The notes below the pieces were generated by a model, which worked only from the letters and a program-made list of their open reading frames with translations, was not told the origin of the DNA and did no database searches. This document shows, in pieces, positions 9,905 to 17,980 of a stretch of 38,031 nt of DNA. Origin of the DNA: Gemmatimonadales bacterium (GTDB lineage Bacteria; Gemmatimonadota; Gemmatimonadetes; Gemmatimonadales; GWC2-71-9); NCBI GenBank assembly GCA_035576905.1, contig DATLWA010000036.1, forward strand, positions 1-38,031. Direction: 5' to 3'. The number at the start of each line of letters is the position of its first letter. Position 1 is the first letter of the stretch. The position numbers and the translations under genes were made by a program.

Positions 9905-10526
9905 GTCGTTCGTCCATTGGCTGCTGGAACGCTTCCGCGACATGGGCTATCCCGGCATCGTCATCCTGATGGCGATGGAATCGTCCGTGCTGCCGGTGCC
10001 CAGCGAGCTGGTCATGCCGCCGGCCGGCTACCTCGCGGCCAAGGGCGAGATGAACCTCGTCATCGCGATCGCCTGCGGGGTGCTCGGCAGCGTCCTGGGG
10101 GCGCTCGCCAACTACGGCGTGGCGTTATGGCTGGGGCGCGCGGTGATCCGGCGAGCGGGGCGTTACTTGTTGATCAGCGACAAGGCGCTGGACCGCGCCG
10201 AGCGCTTTTTCGACCGCCACGGCGAGATCAGCACGCTGCTCGGCCGGATGTTGCCGGTGGTGCGGCACCTGATTTCGATCCCCGCCGGCATCGCGCGCAT
10301 GTCCTTGCCGCGCTTCGTGCTGTTCACGGGGCTCGGGGCCTTTCTGTGGTGCACCATCCTGGCCACCATCGGCTACGTGCTGGGGCAGCATGAGGACGTG
10401 CTGAGTAACGTGGAGGTGCAGCACTACGTGAGCCGGGCACTCGTGTACCTGATTCCGGCGCTCATCGTCACGGTGATCGTCTACGCCTGGCGGCAACGGC
10501 GCCGCGCCGGGGCCAAGACGCCGTGA
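9897..10526 (+). CDS. DedA-family membrane protein
   Basis: Motifs GYPGIVILMAMESSVLPVPSELVMPPAGYLAA and RMLPVVRHLISIPAGIARM match the DedA/SNARE-associated signature. ATG 9897 overlaps the pcm stop by 8 nt. Confidence 0.8.
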   Translation: MLESFVHWLLERFRDMGYPGIVILMAMESSVLPVPSELVMPPAGYLAAKGEMNLVIAIACGVLGSVLGALANYGVALWLGRAVIRRAGRYLLISDKALDRAERFFDRHGEISTLLGRMLPVVRHLISIPAGIARMSLPRFVLFTGLGAFLWCTILATIGYVLGQHEDVLSNVEVQHYVSRALVYLIPALIVTVIVYAWRQRRRAGAKTP

Positions 10527-10798
10527 GCCGCGCGGTCCGCTACCTGGTGCAGGGGCGGGTCCAAGGCGTGGGCTTCCGGTGGTTCGTGTCGCGTACCGCG
10601 CAGGGCCTGCGTCTGGTCGGCTGGGTCGCTAACTTGCCCGGCGGCGAAGTCGAGGTCGTGGCTGCCGGCGACACGGGCCGCCTCGACGAATTGGAACAGG
10701 CGCTCAAACGTGGACCGCCCGCGGCGCACGTGGCGCGTGTGGACAAGGCAGAGTATCCACACGAAGCGGACGTCGGTAATTCGTTTGAAATCAGGTGA
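10523..10798 (+). CDS. acyP: acylphosphatase
   Basis: The 91-aa protein carries VQGRVQGVGFRWF, GWVANLPGGEVEV and a canonical acylphosphatase fold signature. GTG 10523 overlaps the dedA stop (GTGA). Confidence 0.85.
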   Translation: MSRAVRYLVQGRVQGVGFRWFVSRTAQGLRLVGWVANLPGGEVEVVAAGDTGRLDELEQALKRGPPAAHVARVDKAEYPHEADVGNSFEIR

Positions 10799-10838
10799 TT
10801 GCTGCGTGGCTCACGGATTTGCGCCGTCGATGGCGGCC

Positions 10839-10868
10839 TTGCACCAAGATGCGTAAGCTCGTTATTCT
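10839..10868 (+). promoter_or_regulatory. possible sigma70-type promoter for tRNA-Arg
   Basis: TTGCAC (10839-10844), an 18-nt spacer, then TATTCT (10863-10868), ending 10 nt before the mature tRNA 5' end. Pattern match only. Confidence 0.3.
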
Positions 10869-10878
10869 TAACCGCTTA

Positions 10879-10952
10879 GCCCCTGTAGCTCAGGTGGATA
10901 GAGCAGCGGTTTCCTAAACCGTTGGCCGGGTGTTCGAGTCACCCCAGGGGCA
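10879..10952 (+). tRNA. tRNA-Arg (anticodon CCT)
   Basis: Hand-folded cloverleaf. Acceptor stem GCCCCTG/CAGGGGC has 7 perfect pairs. D stem is GCTC/GAGC. Anticodon stem is GCGGT/ACCGT with loop TTCCTAA, giving anticodon CCT. T arm is GGGTG-TTCGAGT-CACCC and the discriminator is A. CCA is not encoded. Confidence 0.9.
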
Positions 10953-11002
10953 CTGGGGTTGTCCGAACGGCGCAGCTTTCTCGCAAACAGTAAAGGATTA
11001 CG

Positions 11003-11650
11003 GTGGACGACCAAGACTTTGCCGCCAGGTTGTGGGCGTGGATTCAGGGGCACCGTCAGGCGAGCACGTACGGCGGCCTGGCGATCGTGGCGATTGCGGG
11101 GCTCTTGTGGTGGAATCACATCTCGACGCGGCAGAGCGAAGAGCGCGCCGGCACGTCGTTGAACGAGGCACGCCTCGCGTTCGAGACCAAGAACTTCCCG
11201 TTGGCCTCGAGCGAGCTCTCCAGCGTGGTGGCGAACTACTCCGGCACGCGGGCGGCGCAGGAGGCGACGATCCTGCTGGCGCAGATCCGGTTGCTCCAGG
11301 GCCAGAGTCAGCAGGCAATCGAGCAGCTCAAGGCGTTCGCCCCCAAGGCGGACGCCGTATACCGCGCCCAGGCGTACGGGCTGCTGGGTGCGGCCTACGA
11401 CAACGTGGACCATCCTCAGGAGGCGGCGGAGGCTTATGAACAGGCCGCCGCGGCCGCCCAGATGGACTTTCTCCGGGCGCAGTTTCTGTCGGACGCCGGG
11501 CGGGCCTGGGTGGCGGCGCGGGATACCACGAAGGCAATCGCTGCTTATCAGTCCATCGTCACGAAGTACGATTCGCTGGGGACGGCCGTAGAAGCGAAGG
11601 TGCGCCTGGGGGAGCTGACCCGGGGCGCGTGGAAGGCACCGGCAAAGTAG
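11003..11650 (+). CDS. membrane-anchored TPR-like protein, YfgM-like architecture
   Basis: One N-terminal TM helix (YGGLAIVAIAGLLWW) is followed by a helical-repeat periplasmic part (GTRAAQEATILLAQIRLLQG, YRAQAYGLLGAAY). The size and layout resemble YfgM-type proteins. Family assignment is tentative. Confidence 0.6.
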   Translation: MDDQDFAARLWAWIQGHRQASTYGGLAIVAIAGLLWWNHISTRQSEERAGTSLNEARLAFETKNFPLASSELSSVVANYSGTRAAQEATILLAQIRLLQGQSQQAIEQLKAFAPKADAVYRAQAYGLLGAAYDNVDHPQEAAEAYEQAAAAAQMDFLRAQFLSDAGRAWVAARDTTKAIAAYQSIVTKYDSLGTAVEAKVRLGELTRGAWKAPAK

Positions 11651-11680
11651 GGGGCTCGGAAGTCCAGTCCCCGTCTTTTC
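11650..11680 (+). terminator. candidate intrinsic terminator after the YfgM-like gene
   Basis: The imperfect hairpin GGGGGCT-C-G / C-C-AGTCCCC (11650-11672) has 7 bp, one mismatch and 1 more bp. It is followed by GTCTTTTC. Confidence 0.4.
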
Positions 11681-11749
11681 ACTCGGAATTCAGCTTCGTA
11701 TAATAGATGTTATGTTAAGTAGTGTGATGTAGAAGTGTGGACAACTGGC

Positions 11750-12583
11750 CTAGGTCAGCACCCCCCGAAATACCACCCGCGCCTCCCCCGCCAGCCAAAC
11801 GTCGTCGTAGCGGCCGTCCTTGACCCGTTTGGCCTTCACGTCGAGGGTGCGGCCACTGCGGGTGTGGATGGCCACGGGCAGCTTGGAGACCCCCCAGCGG
11901 TCCAGCGCGCACGCCGCGGCCACCGACCCGGTCCCGCACGCCAGTGTTTCCGCCTCGACGCCGCGCTCGTAGGTCCGCATGCGCCAGCCGCCGTTGTCCT
12001 GCGAGATGAAGTTGACGTTGGCGCCCGCTGGACCCACCGCCGGATCGAATCGCAGCGCCTTGCCGCGGCCCATGAGGTCGAGCTGATCGACGTCGTCCAT
12101 CAGGATCACCAGGTGCGGCACGCCGACCACCGCCAGGGCGGCCTTTTTCTCGGGGTCGGCGGTGGCCAGACCGGGCACGTCGGCCGGGGGCGCCACAGCC
12201 GCCAGGTGCAGCTCCGCCCGGTCGCCCTGCCCGGGATAGCGGCCCTCGTAGGCCCCGGCATCCGTCTCGAGCCGGAAGCTCGGACCCCGCACGATGCCCA
12301 GCTGGAATGCCAGGCGCGCGCTGCAGAGGGCGGCGTTGCCGCACATCGCCGCGTGCGAGCCGTCGCTATTGTAGTAGACCATGCGGGCGGCGCCCGGTTC
12401 GGCGCCGGGGCTCACGAACACGAGACCGTCGGCGCCCACTCCCGTGCCGCGGGCGCACACCTCTTTTATCTCTTCGGGGCGCCAATCGCCCGGCTGGGAC
12501 AGGCGGCCGTCCACCATGACGAAGTCGTTCCCCGACCCCGTCATCTTGTAGATCGGCAGGCCGACTAGATCCGGCCGAACCAT
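11750..12583 (-). CDS. dapF: diaminopimelate epimerase
   Basis: Track ORF 11750..12802 trimmed to ATG 12583 (codon 74). Motifs IYKMTGSGNDFVMVD, the catalytic Cys contexts MCGNAALC and LACGTGSVAAA, and RTYERGVEAETLACG. Confidence 0.9.
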   Translation of the reverse strand: MVRPDLVGLPIYKMTGSGNDFVMVDGRLSQPGDWRPEEIKEVCARGTGVGADGLVFVSPGAEPGAARMVYYNSDGSHAAMCGNAALCSARLAFQLGIVRGPSFRLETDAGAYEGRYPGQGDRAELHLAAVAPPADVPGLATADPEKKAALAVVGVPHLVILMDDVDQLDLMGRGKALRFDPAVGPAGANVNFISQDNGGWRMRTYERGVEAETLACGTGSVAAACALDRWGVSKLPVAIHTRSGRTLDVKAKRVKDGRYDDVWLAGEARVVFRGVLT

Positions 12584-13287
12584 GCCATCAGCCTCAAGCG
12601 CGGCACCATCCAAACGGCTTCGCGCACGATCGCCTTGCTCATCTTGCTCTGCCCCTCCATGCGGTCCACGAACACAATGGGAATCTCCGCCAGCTTGAAC
12701 CCTTTGCGCCAGGCCCGCACGCTCATCTCGATCTGGAAGGCGTAGCCGTTGGAGCGCACCAACGACAGGTCCAGCGCCTCGAGCACGTGCCTGCGAAAGC
12801 ACTTGAACCCCCCGGTGAGATCCCAGATGCGCAAACCGGTAATCCAGCGGGCGTAGATGTTGGCGCAGTACGACAGCAGCAGGCGGCCCATCGGCCAGTT
12901 CACGACCGTGACGCGCCCGCCCAAATACCGTGAGCCGAGGACGACGTCGGCGGTCTCGATCGCCTTGAGAAAGTCCTTGAGGTGCGCCGGGTCGTGCGAG
13001 AAGTCGGCGTCCATCTCGAACGCGTAATCGTAGCGCTGCTCGATTGCCCAGCGGAAGCCGGCCAAATAGGCAGTGCCCAGCCCGAGCTTCCCTTCCCGGT
13101 GCAGCACGTGCACGCGCGGGTTCGCCCGCGCCAGGCCGTCGGCGAGAGCGCCGGTGCCGTCGGGTGAGTTGTCGTCCACCACCAGGACCTCGAGGCGCGG
13201 GTCTTGGGCCAGCACCTGGGGCACGATGTTGGGGAGGTTCCCCGCCTCGTTGAAGGTGGGGATGACGACGAGCGCGCGTTCACCCAT
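12565..13287 (-). CDS. polyprenol-phosphate mannose synthase-like GT2 (DPM1/Ppm1 type, soluble catalytic domain)
   Basis: Motifs LVVIPTFNEAGNL, VVDDNSPDGT, GKLGLGTAY, EMDADFSHDP and SNGYAFQIEM, the typical DPM1/Ppm1 signature. No C-terminal TM helices. Confidence 0.85.
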   Translation of the reverse strand: MGERALVVIPTFNEAGNLPNIVPQVLAQDPRLEVLVVDDNSPDGTGALADGLARANPRVHVLHREGKLGLGTAYLAGFRWAIEQRYDYAFEMDADFSHDPAHLKDFLKAIETADVVLGSRYLGGRVTVVNWPMGRLLLSYCANIYARWITGLRIWDLTGGFKCFRRHVLEALDLSLVRSNGYAFQIEMSVRAWRKGFKLAEIPIVFVDRMEGQSKMSKAIVREAVWMVPRLRLMAWFGRI

Positions 13288-15646
13288 CCCGCGGCCGCTT
13301 CAACGCCAGGGGCACGAGCGCGATCGCGGCGAGCAGCGCCAGCGAAAGCAGGGAGAGCGTCTTGCCGGTCCGGTAGGCGGCCGAGCGGAAGGTCAGCTCC
13401 ACGCGCTTCGCGCCCGGCGGGACGGGGACCGTGATCAGGGCGTAGTCGCCGCGCAGCACGCGGGCCGGCACGCCGTCCACCGTGGCCTGCCAGTCGGGAA
13501 ACCAATTCTCCGAGACCAGCACGTAGCTCGACTCCGGCGGCGCCGGATCGAGAGCGATGGTCATCGCCCCGGGCTCCCACTTGGTCATGGCGGCTCGCGC
13601 GGGGCTTGGCGGCGGCATCTCGCGGATCGGCGCGGGTGCCACCGGCTGGTCGGGGGTGAACAGCACCACCCGGCTGTAGTCGATGCGCGGGTCCACGAGC
13701 GTCGGGATGACGACGGCCGAGTCCGGCGCCTTGAGCGCACCGGGGACCACGCGGACATACGGCGGCGGATCGATGCGCTCGAACAGGTCTGCTCGCATCC
13801 CTTCGGACGTCACTGCTGAGTCGAGCACCCGTCTGAAGCCGGGAATGCTGTCGCTGTTGCCACTGCGCGTGGGGGCGATGACGAAGCGCACACTGAGGAG
13901 ATCCCACAGGTGGAGGGAGCGCAGGTTGGTCCATTCGCCTTTGCCGCCGAGCAGCTCGTCGTAGAAGCGCACCTCGTTGCCGTGGTAACCCAGCACCTGC
14001 GGTATGTCGAACGCCATGAGGGCGTCGGGCCCGTAGACTCCGAGGTCGAGCACCCGCGGGGGAGCTCCGAGGTTGAGAACTCGCGTGGGACTCCCGGCCC
14101 CCGCGATGCGATCCGTAATCGGGTCCGGCCGGAACCAGTCCGCTTTGGGTTCGGGCGCATAGATCCAAAACCCGCGCGCGTTGAGCCAGAGGTCGCCGCC
14201 GACGACGAGTGCGAGGGTGAGCGCGAACAGCCGCGGCGTGAAGCGGTCCCGGAAGACCGCGATAGCGGCTCCGGCGGTCGCCGCGAGCGCCAGGGCGCCG
14301 CCGAACGCGCCCCACATGATCGCGGGCCCATCGGCGCGGGCCGCGCCCACCTTCTGGAGCCCGGTGGCGAGCTCGACGCCGGCGGCCAGGTCCCGGGCCA
14401 TGGCGCCGAAGGCGCCGGCCACAGCCAGGAGCGCCACGACCCCCGCCGTGACGAGCCACGGGGTCATCGCGGACCGTCCCTCCTTACGCTCCAGCCGCTC
14501 CGTCCCGAGGGCGGCGAACACGGCGACCACGAACGACACCGCGAAGAACGCCATTCCGGGCGCGCGCGTCTTGCGGATCATCGGCATCACGGCCCAGAAC
14601 ACGTGGTAGAACGGCGTCGCGGCTCCCAGGCTGATCAGGAGGAACAACAGCCCGATGCCGCCACACCAGAGGATCAGGCGCCGCCGCTCTTTGGCGAACG
14701 CTCCGAGGGCCGCCAGGGCGACGACCGGCAGTCCGAGGTACTCGGAGTGCAGCTTCAGCGGATTGGAGCCCCAATAGGTCTCGCGGGACCCGACGAAGTT
14801 CTTGATCACGAACTCCAACACGTGGTTCCACGGAATGGCGTAGGACGTCGACCCCTCGTATCCGTGGTAGCCCAACGCGCGCGGCGAAAACGGGATGTAC
14901 TGGATGAACGGCAGCAGTTGAATCGCGGCGAGTCCGAATCCCAGCAGCACGGCCGCGAGCGTGGGAGCCAGCCGCAGCAAGCGCCGCTGCAACGGCTCCG
15001 TGGTGTTCTCTTCGAATGTGAGGTACAGGGCGAAGAGCCCCGCCACGATCAACAGGTAGTAGGCGATCTGAAAGTGCCCCAGCAGGCTCAGGGCGACGGC
15101 GCCCGCGAGCAGCGGATAGCCGTGCCACTGCTTGTCACGCAGCGCCATCACCAGGGCGAGGAGCGCGAGCGGCAGCGCCGTGGCGGCGAACAGTTTCCCG
15201 TCGTGTCCGGGGGATGGGTACGACGCGAGCGCGCCCGACAGCTGATAGGCGAGCGCGCCGATCATCGACCCGGTCCACGAGACGTGCAGCCGCCGCAGCA
15301 GCCAGAACGTGAACAGGCCGGCGAGGATGAAGTGCAGCACGAAGCCGAGGTTGATGACCGTCGCGACCGGCATGATCAGCCGCAGGAACGACGTCGGGTA
15401 GAAGATGTCGCCGTGCCCTGCCCCGACGTACGGCATACCGCCGAACAGCTCGGGTTCCCACAACGGCACGTGTCCCAGCCGGTGCCACCATGCAGCGCCC
15501 CAGGTCCGCGAGGCGTAGCCCGCGGGGTTCTGATCGCCCCCAAGGGCGCCGAGCCACATCCCCGAGAGCATCGGGAGGGAGAGGATCGCGACCCAGAGGC
15601 TCAAGAAAGCCGTGGCGACGAGGTTCGGCCGCTTAGGTTCGTACAC
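13280..15646 (-). CDS. YfhO-family polytopic membrane protein (GT-C-type glycosyltransferase)
   Basis: 788 aa. The N-terminal two-thirds carry many TM helices, and WEPELFGGMPYVGAGHGDIFYP resembles the YfhO N-terminal signature. A large soluble C-terminal domain is followed by one final TM helix. Family call is from memory of the pattern. Confidence 0.65.
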   Translation of the reverse strand: MYEPKRPNLVATAFLSLWVAILSLPMLSGMWLGALGGDQNPAGYASRTWGAAWWHRLGHVPLWEPELFGGMPYVGAGHGDIFYPTSFLRLIMPVATVINLGFVLHFILAGLFTFWLLRRLHVSWTGSMIGALAYQLSGALASYPSPGHDGKLFAATALPLALLALVMALRDKQWHGYPLLAGAVALSLLGHFQIAYYLLIVAGLFALYLTFEENTTEPLQRRLLRLAPTLAAVLLGFGLAAIQLLPFIQYIPFSPRALGYHGYEGSTSYAIPWNHVLEFVIKNFVGSRETYWGSNPLKLHSEYLGLPVVALAALGAFAKERRRLILWCGGIGLLFLLISLGAATPFYHVFWAVMPMIRKTRAPGMAFFAVSFVVAVFAALGTERLERKEGRSAMTPWLVTAGVVALLAVAGAFGAMARDLAAGVELATGLQKVGAARADGPAIMWGAFGGALALAATAGAAIAVFRDRFTPRLFALTLALVVGGDLWLNARGFWIYAPEPKADWFRPDPITDRIAGAGSPTRVLNLGAPPRVLDLGVYGPDALMAFDIPQVLGYHGNEVRFYDELLGGKGEWTNLRSLHLWDLLSVRFVIAPTRSGNSDSIPGFRRVLDSAVTSEGMRADLFERIDPPPYVRVVPGALKAPDSAVVIPTLVDPRIDYSRVVLFTPDQPVAPAPIREMPPPSPARAAMTKWEPGAMTIALDPAPPESSYVLVSENWFPDWQATVDGVPARVLRGDYALITVPVPPGAKRVELTFRSAAYRTGKTLSLLSLALLAAIALVPLALKRPRDG

Positions 15647-16553
15647 CGAAGTCTCCCTTGGACTTTCCGGAAATGAGCAGGGCGCCGAGCGGTGCTGCGA
15701 CCTCGGTCAACGTCAGGAGGACGCGTGAGGCCACGCTCAACGCCACCGCGCCGCCGGCGCCGATAGCCGGCGTGAGCAGGCCGATGAGGACCACCTCACG
15801 CACCCCCACCCCACCGGGGGCGAACAGGGCCAGCAAGCCCAGAATGTATCCCAGGGCGAAGGCTCCCGCGGCCCGCGCCAGGGTGAGGGTGTCGGGGAGG
15901 CCGAGGCCGCGCGCCAGCAGCCAAAAAGACACGCCATACGTGATCCAGCTGAGGAGCGAAAGTCCCGTGCTCTCGGCCACCGCCACCAGCGGCAGCGGCC
16001 GGAACTGGGCGCCGCCGCTTATGACGCGGCCCACGGCGCGGGCGCCCCGTTCCCACGCGAGAAACGCGATGGTCGCGATGGCAACCAACGCCGCCGCCGC
16101 CAGCCGCACGGGTGATGCGGCTCCTGGGGTCGCGGCGGCAACCAAGGCGACCGCCGTCGCGACGCCCACGGCCTGAATGGCGACGGCGGACGCTCCTGCC
16201 GCCCACGGCTCGACACCGGCGCGCTGGGCCAGGACGACGAGACCCGCGACGCTCCAGACTTTGCCGGGGATGTAGCGTCCCAGGTTCACCACCAGCCAAA
16301 TGCGGGCGGCCTGGCCATAGGGGAGATGCTGCGCCCACCCGGCGAGAATCCGGCGCCACGAGGCGATCTGGATGGCATACGTCAGGAAGACCACCAGGAT
16401 GGATAGGATGATCCAGCCAGGGTGGAAGACGAGCGACACGTGCAGCGAGCGGAATTCGTTCCAGTTGTGCTCGAAGGCCCGCCACACCATCACCGCTACC
16501 ACTACCGCCGCGAACGCTTGGGCACCCCAGTAAAGCCCTTTGCGGGGATTCAA
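15633..16553 (-). CDS. flippase-like membrane protein (LPG_synthase_TM / UPF0104 family)
   Basis: Track ORF 15633..17102 trimmed to TTG 16553 (codon 184), which forms a TTGA overlap with the upstream stop. There are about 8 TM segments. Motifs NLGRYIPGKVWS and ALFAPGGVGVREVVL are typical of this family. Confidence 0.65.
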   Translation of the reverse strand: MNPRKGLYWGAQAFAAVVVAVMVWRAFEHNWNEFRSLHVSLVFHPGWIILSILVVFLTYAIQIASWRRILAGWAQHLPYGQAARIWLVVNLGRYIPGKVWSVAGLVVLAQRAGVEPWAAGASAVAIQAVGVATAVALVAAATPGAASPVRLAAAALVAIATIAFLAWERGARAVGRVISGGAQFRPLPLVAVAESTGLSLLSWITYGVSFWLLARGLGLPDTLTLARAAGAFALGYILGLLALFAPGGVGVREVVLIGLLTPAIGAGGAVALSVASRVLLTLTEVAAPLGALLISGKSKGDFGVRT

Positions 16554-17152
16554 ACCTTCACGAACCGGTAGATGATGGAACGTGCGAGCAGCGCGCCTGC
16601 GGGGATGGGGGGATGGAAGTACGTGCCGCCCGTTCGGTCCAGCCGGAAGCCGCCCATTTCCCCAAAGCGTGCCATCGTCTGCCGCGTCCACGCGTACAGG
16701 TGACCCTGACGGTCCGGAATCCGCAGCACGTTCCAGATGATCTCCTTGAAATGATACGGATTCGGAACGGATACGATCAGCACGCCGGCCGGTTTGAGCA
16801 GGCGGTGGATCTCCCCGATCGCCTGGAAGGGATCCGGAAGGTGTTCGAGAATCTCGAGGCAGAAGGCGAAGTCGTAGGAGTCGGCCGGGAATGGGAGTCC
16901 CTGCGAGATGTCGTGGATCAGGATGTCGGGCTCGGCGAACGCGGGGTCGATCTCGACCCCCTGATATCGCGTACCGCCCGGCAGTACGTGCCGCAGGCCC
17001 CCGTCGCGCGCCCCGATATCGAGGACAGCCGCGCCGGCGGGCACGCGCGCCACCGCCGCCGCCCGGCGGAACCGCATCCGCTCGGCCGCCGGGGCGTGCC
17101 AAGCGGTGCGGGCGATGTAGAATTCGGCGAAATTGCTGGATTGGTCGGCCAA
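16550..17152 (-). CDS. class I SAM-dependent methyltransferase
   Basis: Motif I is VLDIGARDGG; further motifs are FCLEILEHLPDP and LKPAGVLIVSVPN. The track ORF (to 17671) is antisense to the plus-strand gene at 17201, so the start must be TTG 17152 (chosen) or ATG 17077. Confidence 0.7.
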   Translation of the reverse strand: MADQSSNFAEFYIARTAWHAPAAERMRFRRAAAVARVPAGAAVLDIGARDGGLRHVLPGGTRYQGVEIDPAFAEPDILIHDISQGLPFPADSYDFAFCLEILEHLPDPFQAIGEIHRLLKPAGVLIVSVPNPYHFKEIIWNVLRIPDRQGHLYAWTRQTMARFGEMGGFRLDRTGGTYFHPPIPAGALLARSIIYRFVKV

Positions 17153-17200
17153 GGTTCGTGAGAATCTAACGAGGCTCGGAACAGCGCGGGAGGTCGGACA

Positions 17201-17980
17201 ATGGCGAAGGTCTATTATGTCGGCGATTGGGCGGTGGGATGCGGCCCATTGTTCGCGGAGACGCCCTTCAACTACACGTGGAAGGGCCTCGACATGTACT
17301 ACTACGGGAAGTGGCTCAAGGCGGCCTTGGAGTCGGACGGTCGCCACCAGGTGGCCGACGTGCCGACTTGGGACTTCTACAATCTGCCCCCCGGCGCCTA
17401 CGAGGAGATCCTCGCCACGCACAACGTGTTGATCTTCAGCGACGTCGAGGCGAAGAACTTCCAATTGCACCCGCAGTTCTTCGATCGCAGCAAGTTGGGC
17501 ACCCGCATCCTCACCTTCCCCGATCGCATTCGCTTGACCATCGAAGCCGTCACGGGCGGGACGCGGATCATGTTCCTGGGCGGCTGGCTGTCCTTCACGG
17601 GAGAGATGGGCAAGGGCGGATGGAACCGAACCCGCCTGCGGGAGATTCTCCCGGTGCGGTGTCTGGAGCATGACGACCTGATCGAGAGCACCGAAGGCTT
17701 CACGGCGGAGGTGACGCCCAGCGCCGCCGCGGCCTTCAAGGGTGTCGACCTCGCCACGTTCCCCCCGATCCTGGGCTACAACAAGGTCCTGCCGCGCGAT
17801 GGGTGCGAGGTCTTACTGCGGGTGAAGGAGACCGGTGATCCCTTGGTCGCGGTCGGGACGTTCGGCAAAGGCAAGGCGCTCGCTTACATGTCCGATCCCG
17901 CGCCGCATTGGGGCTGCAACTTCGTCGCCTGGCCCGGCTATGGCGCGTTCTGGCTCAGGTGTTTGAGCGCGATCCTGTAG
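17201..17980 (+). CDS. class I glutamine-amidotransferase-like fold protein (putative-GATase/ThuA-like), apparently without the nucleophile Cys
   Basis: GGGAGG lies 7 nt upstream of ATG 17201. Motifs KVYYVGDW, HNVLIFSDV, RIMFLGGWLSF and GKGKALAYMSDPAPHWG. The GGW sequence sits where GATases have GxCxG. Family call is tentative. Confidence 0.55.
   Translation: MAKVYYVGDWAVGCGPLFAETPFNYTWKGLDMYYYGKWLKAALESDGRHQVADVPTWDFYNLPPGAYEEILATHNVLIFSDVEAKNFQLHPQFFDRSKLGTRILTFPDRIRLTIEAVTGGTRIMFLGGWLSFTGEMGKGGWNRTRLREILPVRCLEHDDLIESTEGFTAEVTPSAAAAFKGVDLATFPPILGYNKVLPRDGCEVLLRVKETGDPLVAVGTFGKGKALAYMSDPAPHWGCNFVAWPGYGAFWLRCLSAIL

Noticed and set aside
10879-10952. tRNA-Arg as an integration site, with the XerC/D-type recombinase (36447-37355) as a possible integrase of a genomic island
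   Set aside because: The recombinase is about 25 kb away. It has the XerC/D housekeeping pattern and size. Everything in between is core metabolism and envelope biogenesis. I found no second copy of the tRNA 3' end; only an 8-mer (CACCCCAG near 16523) recurs.
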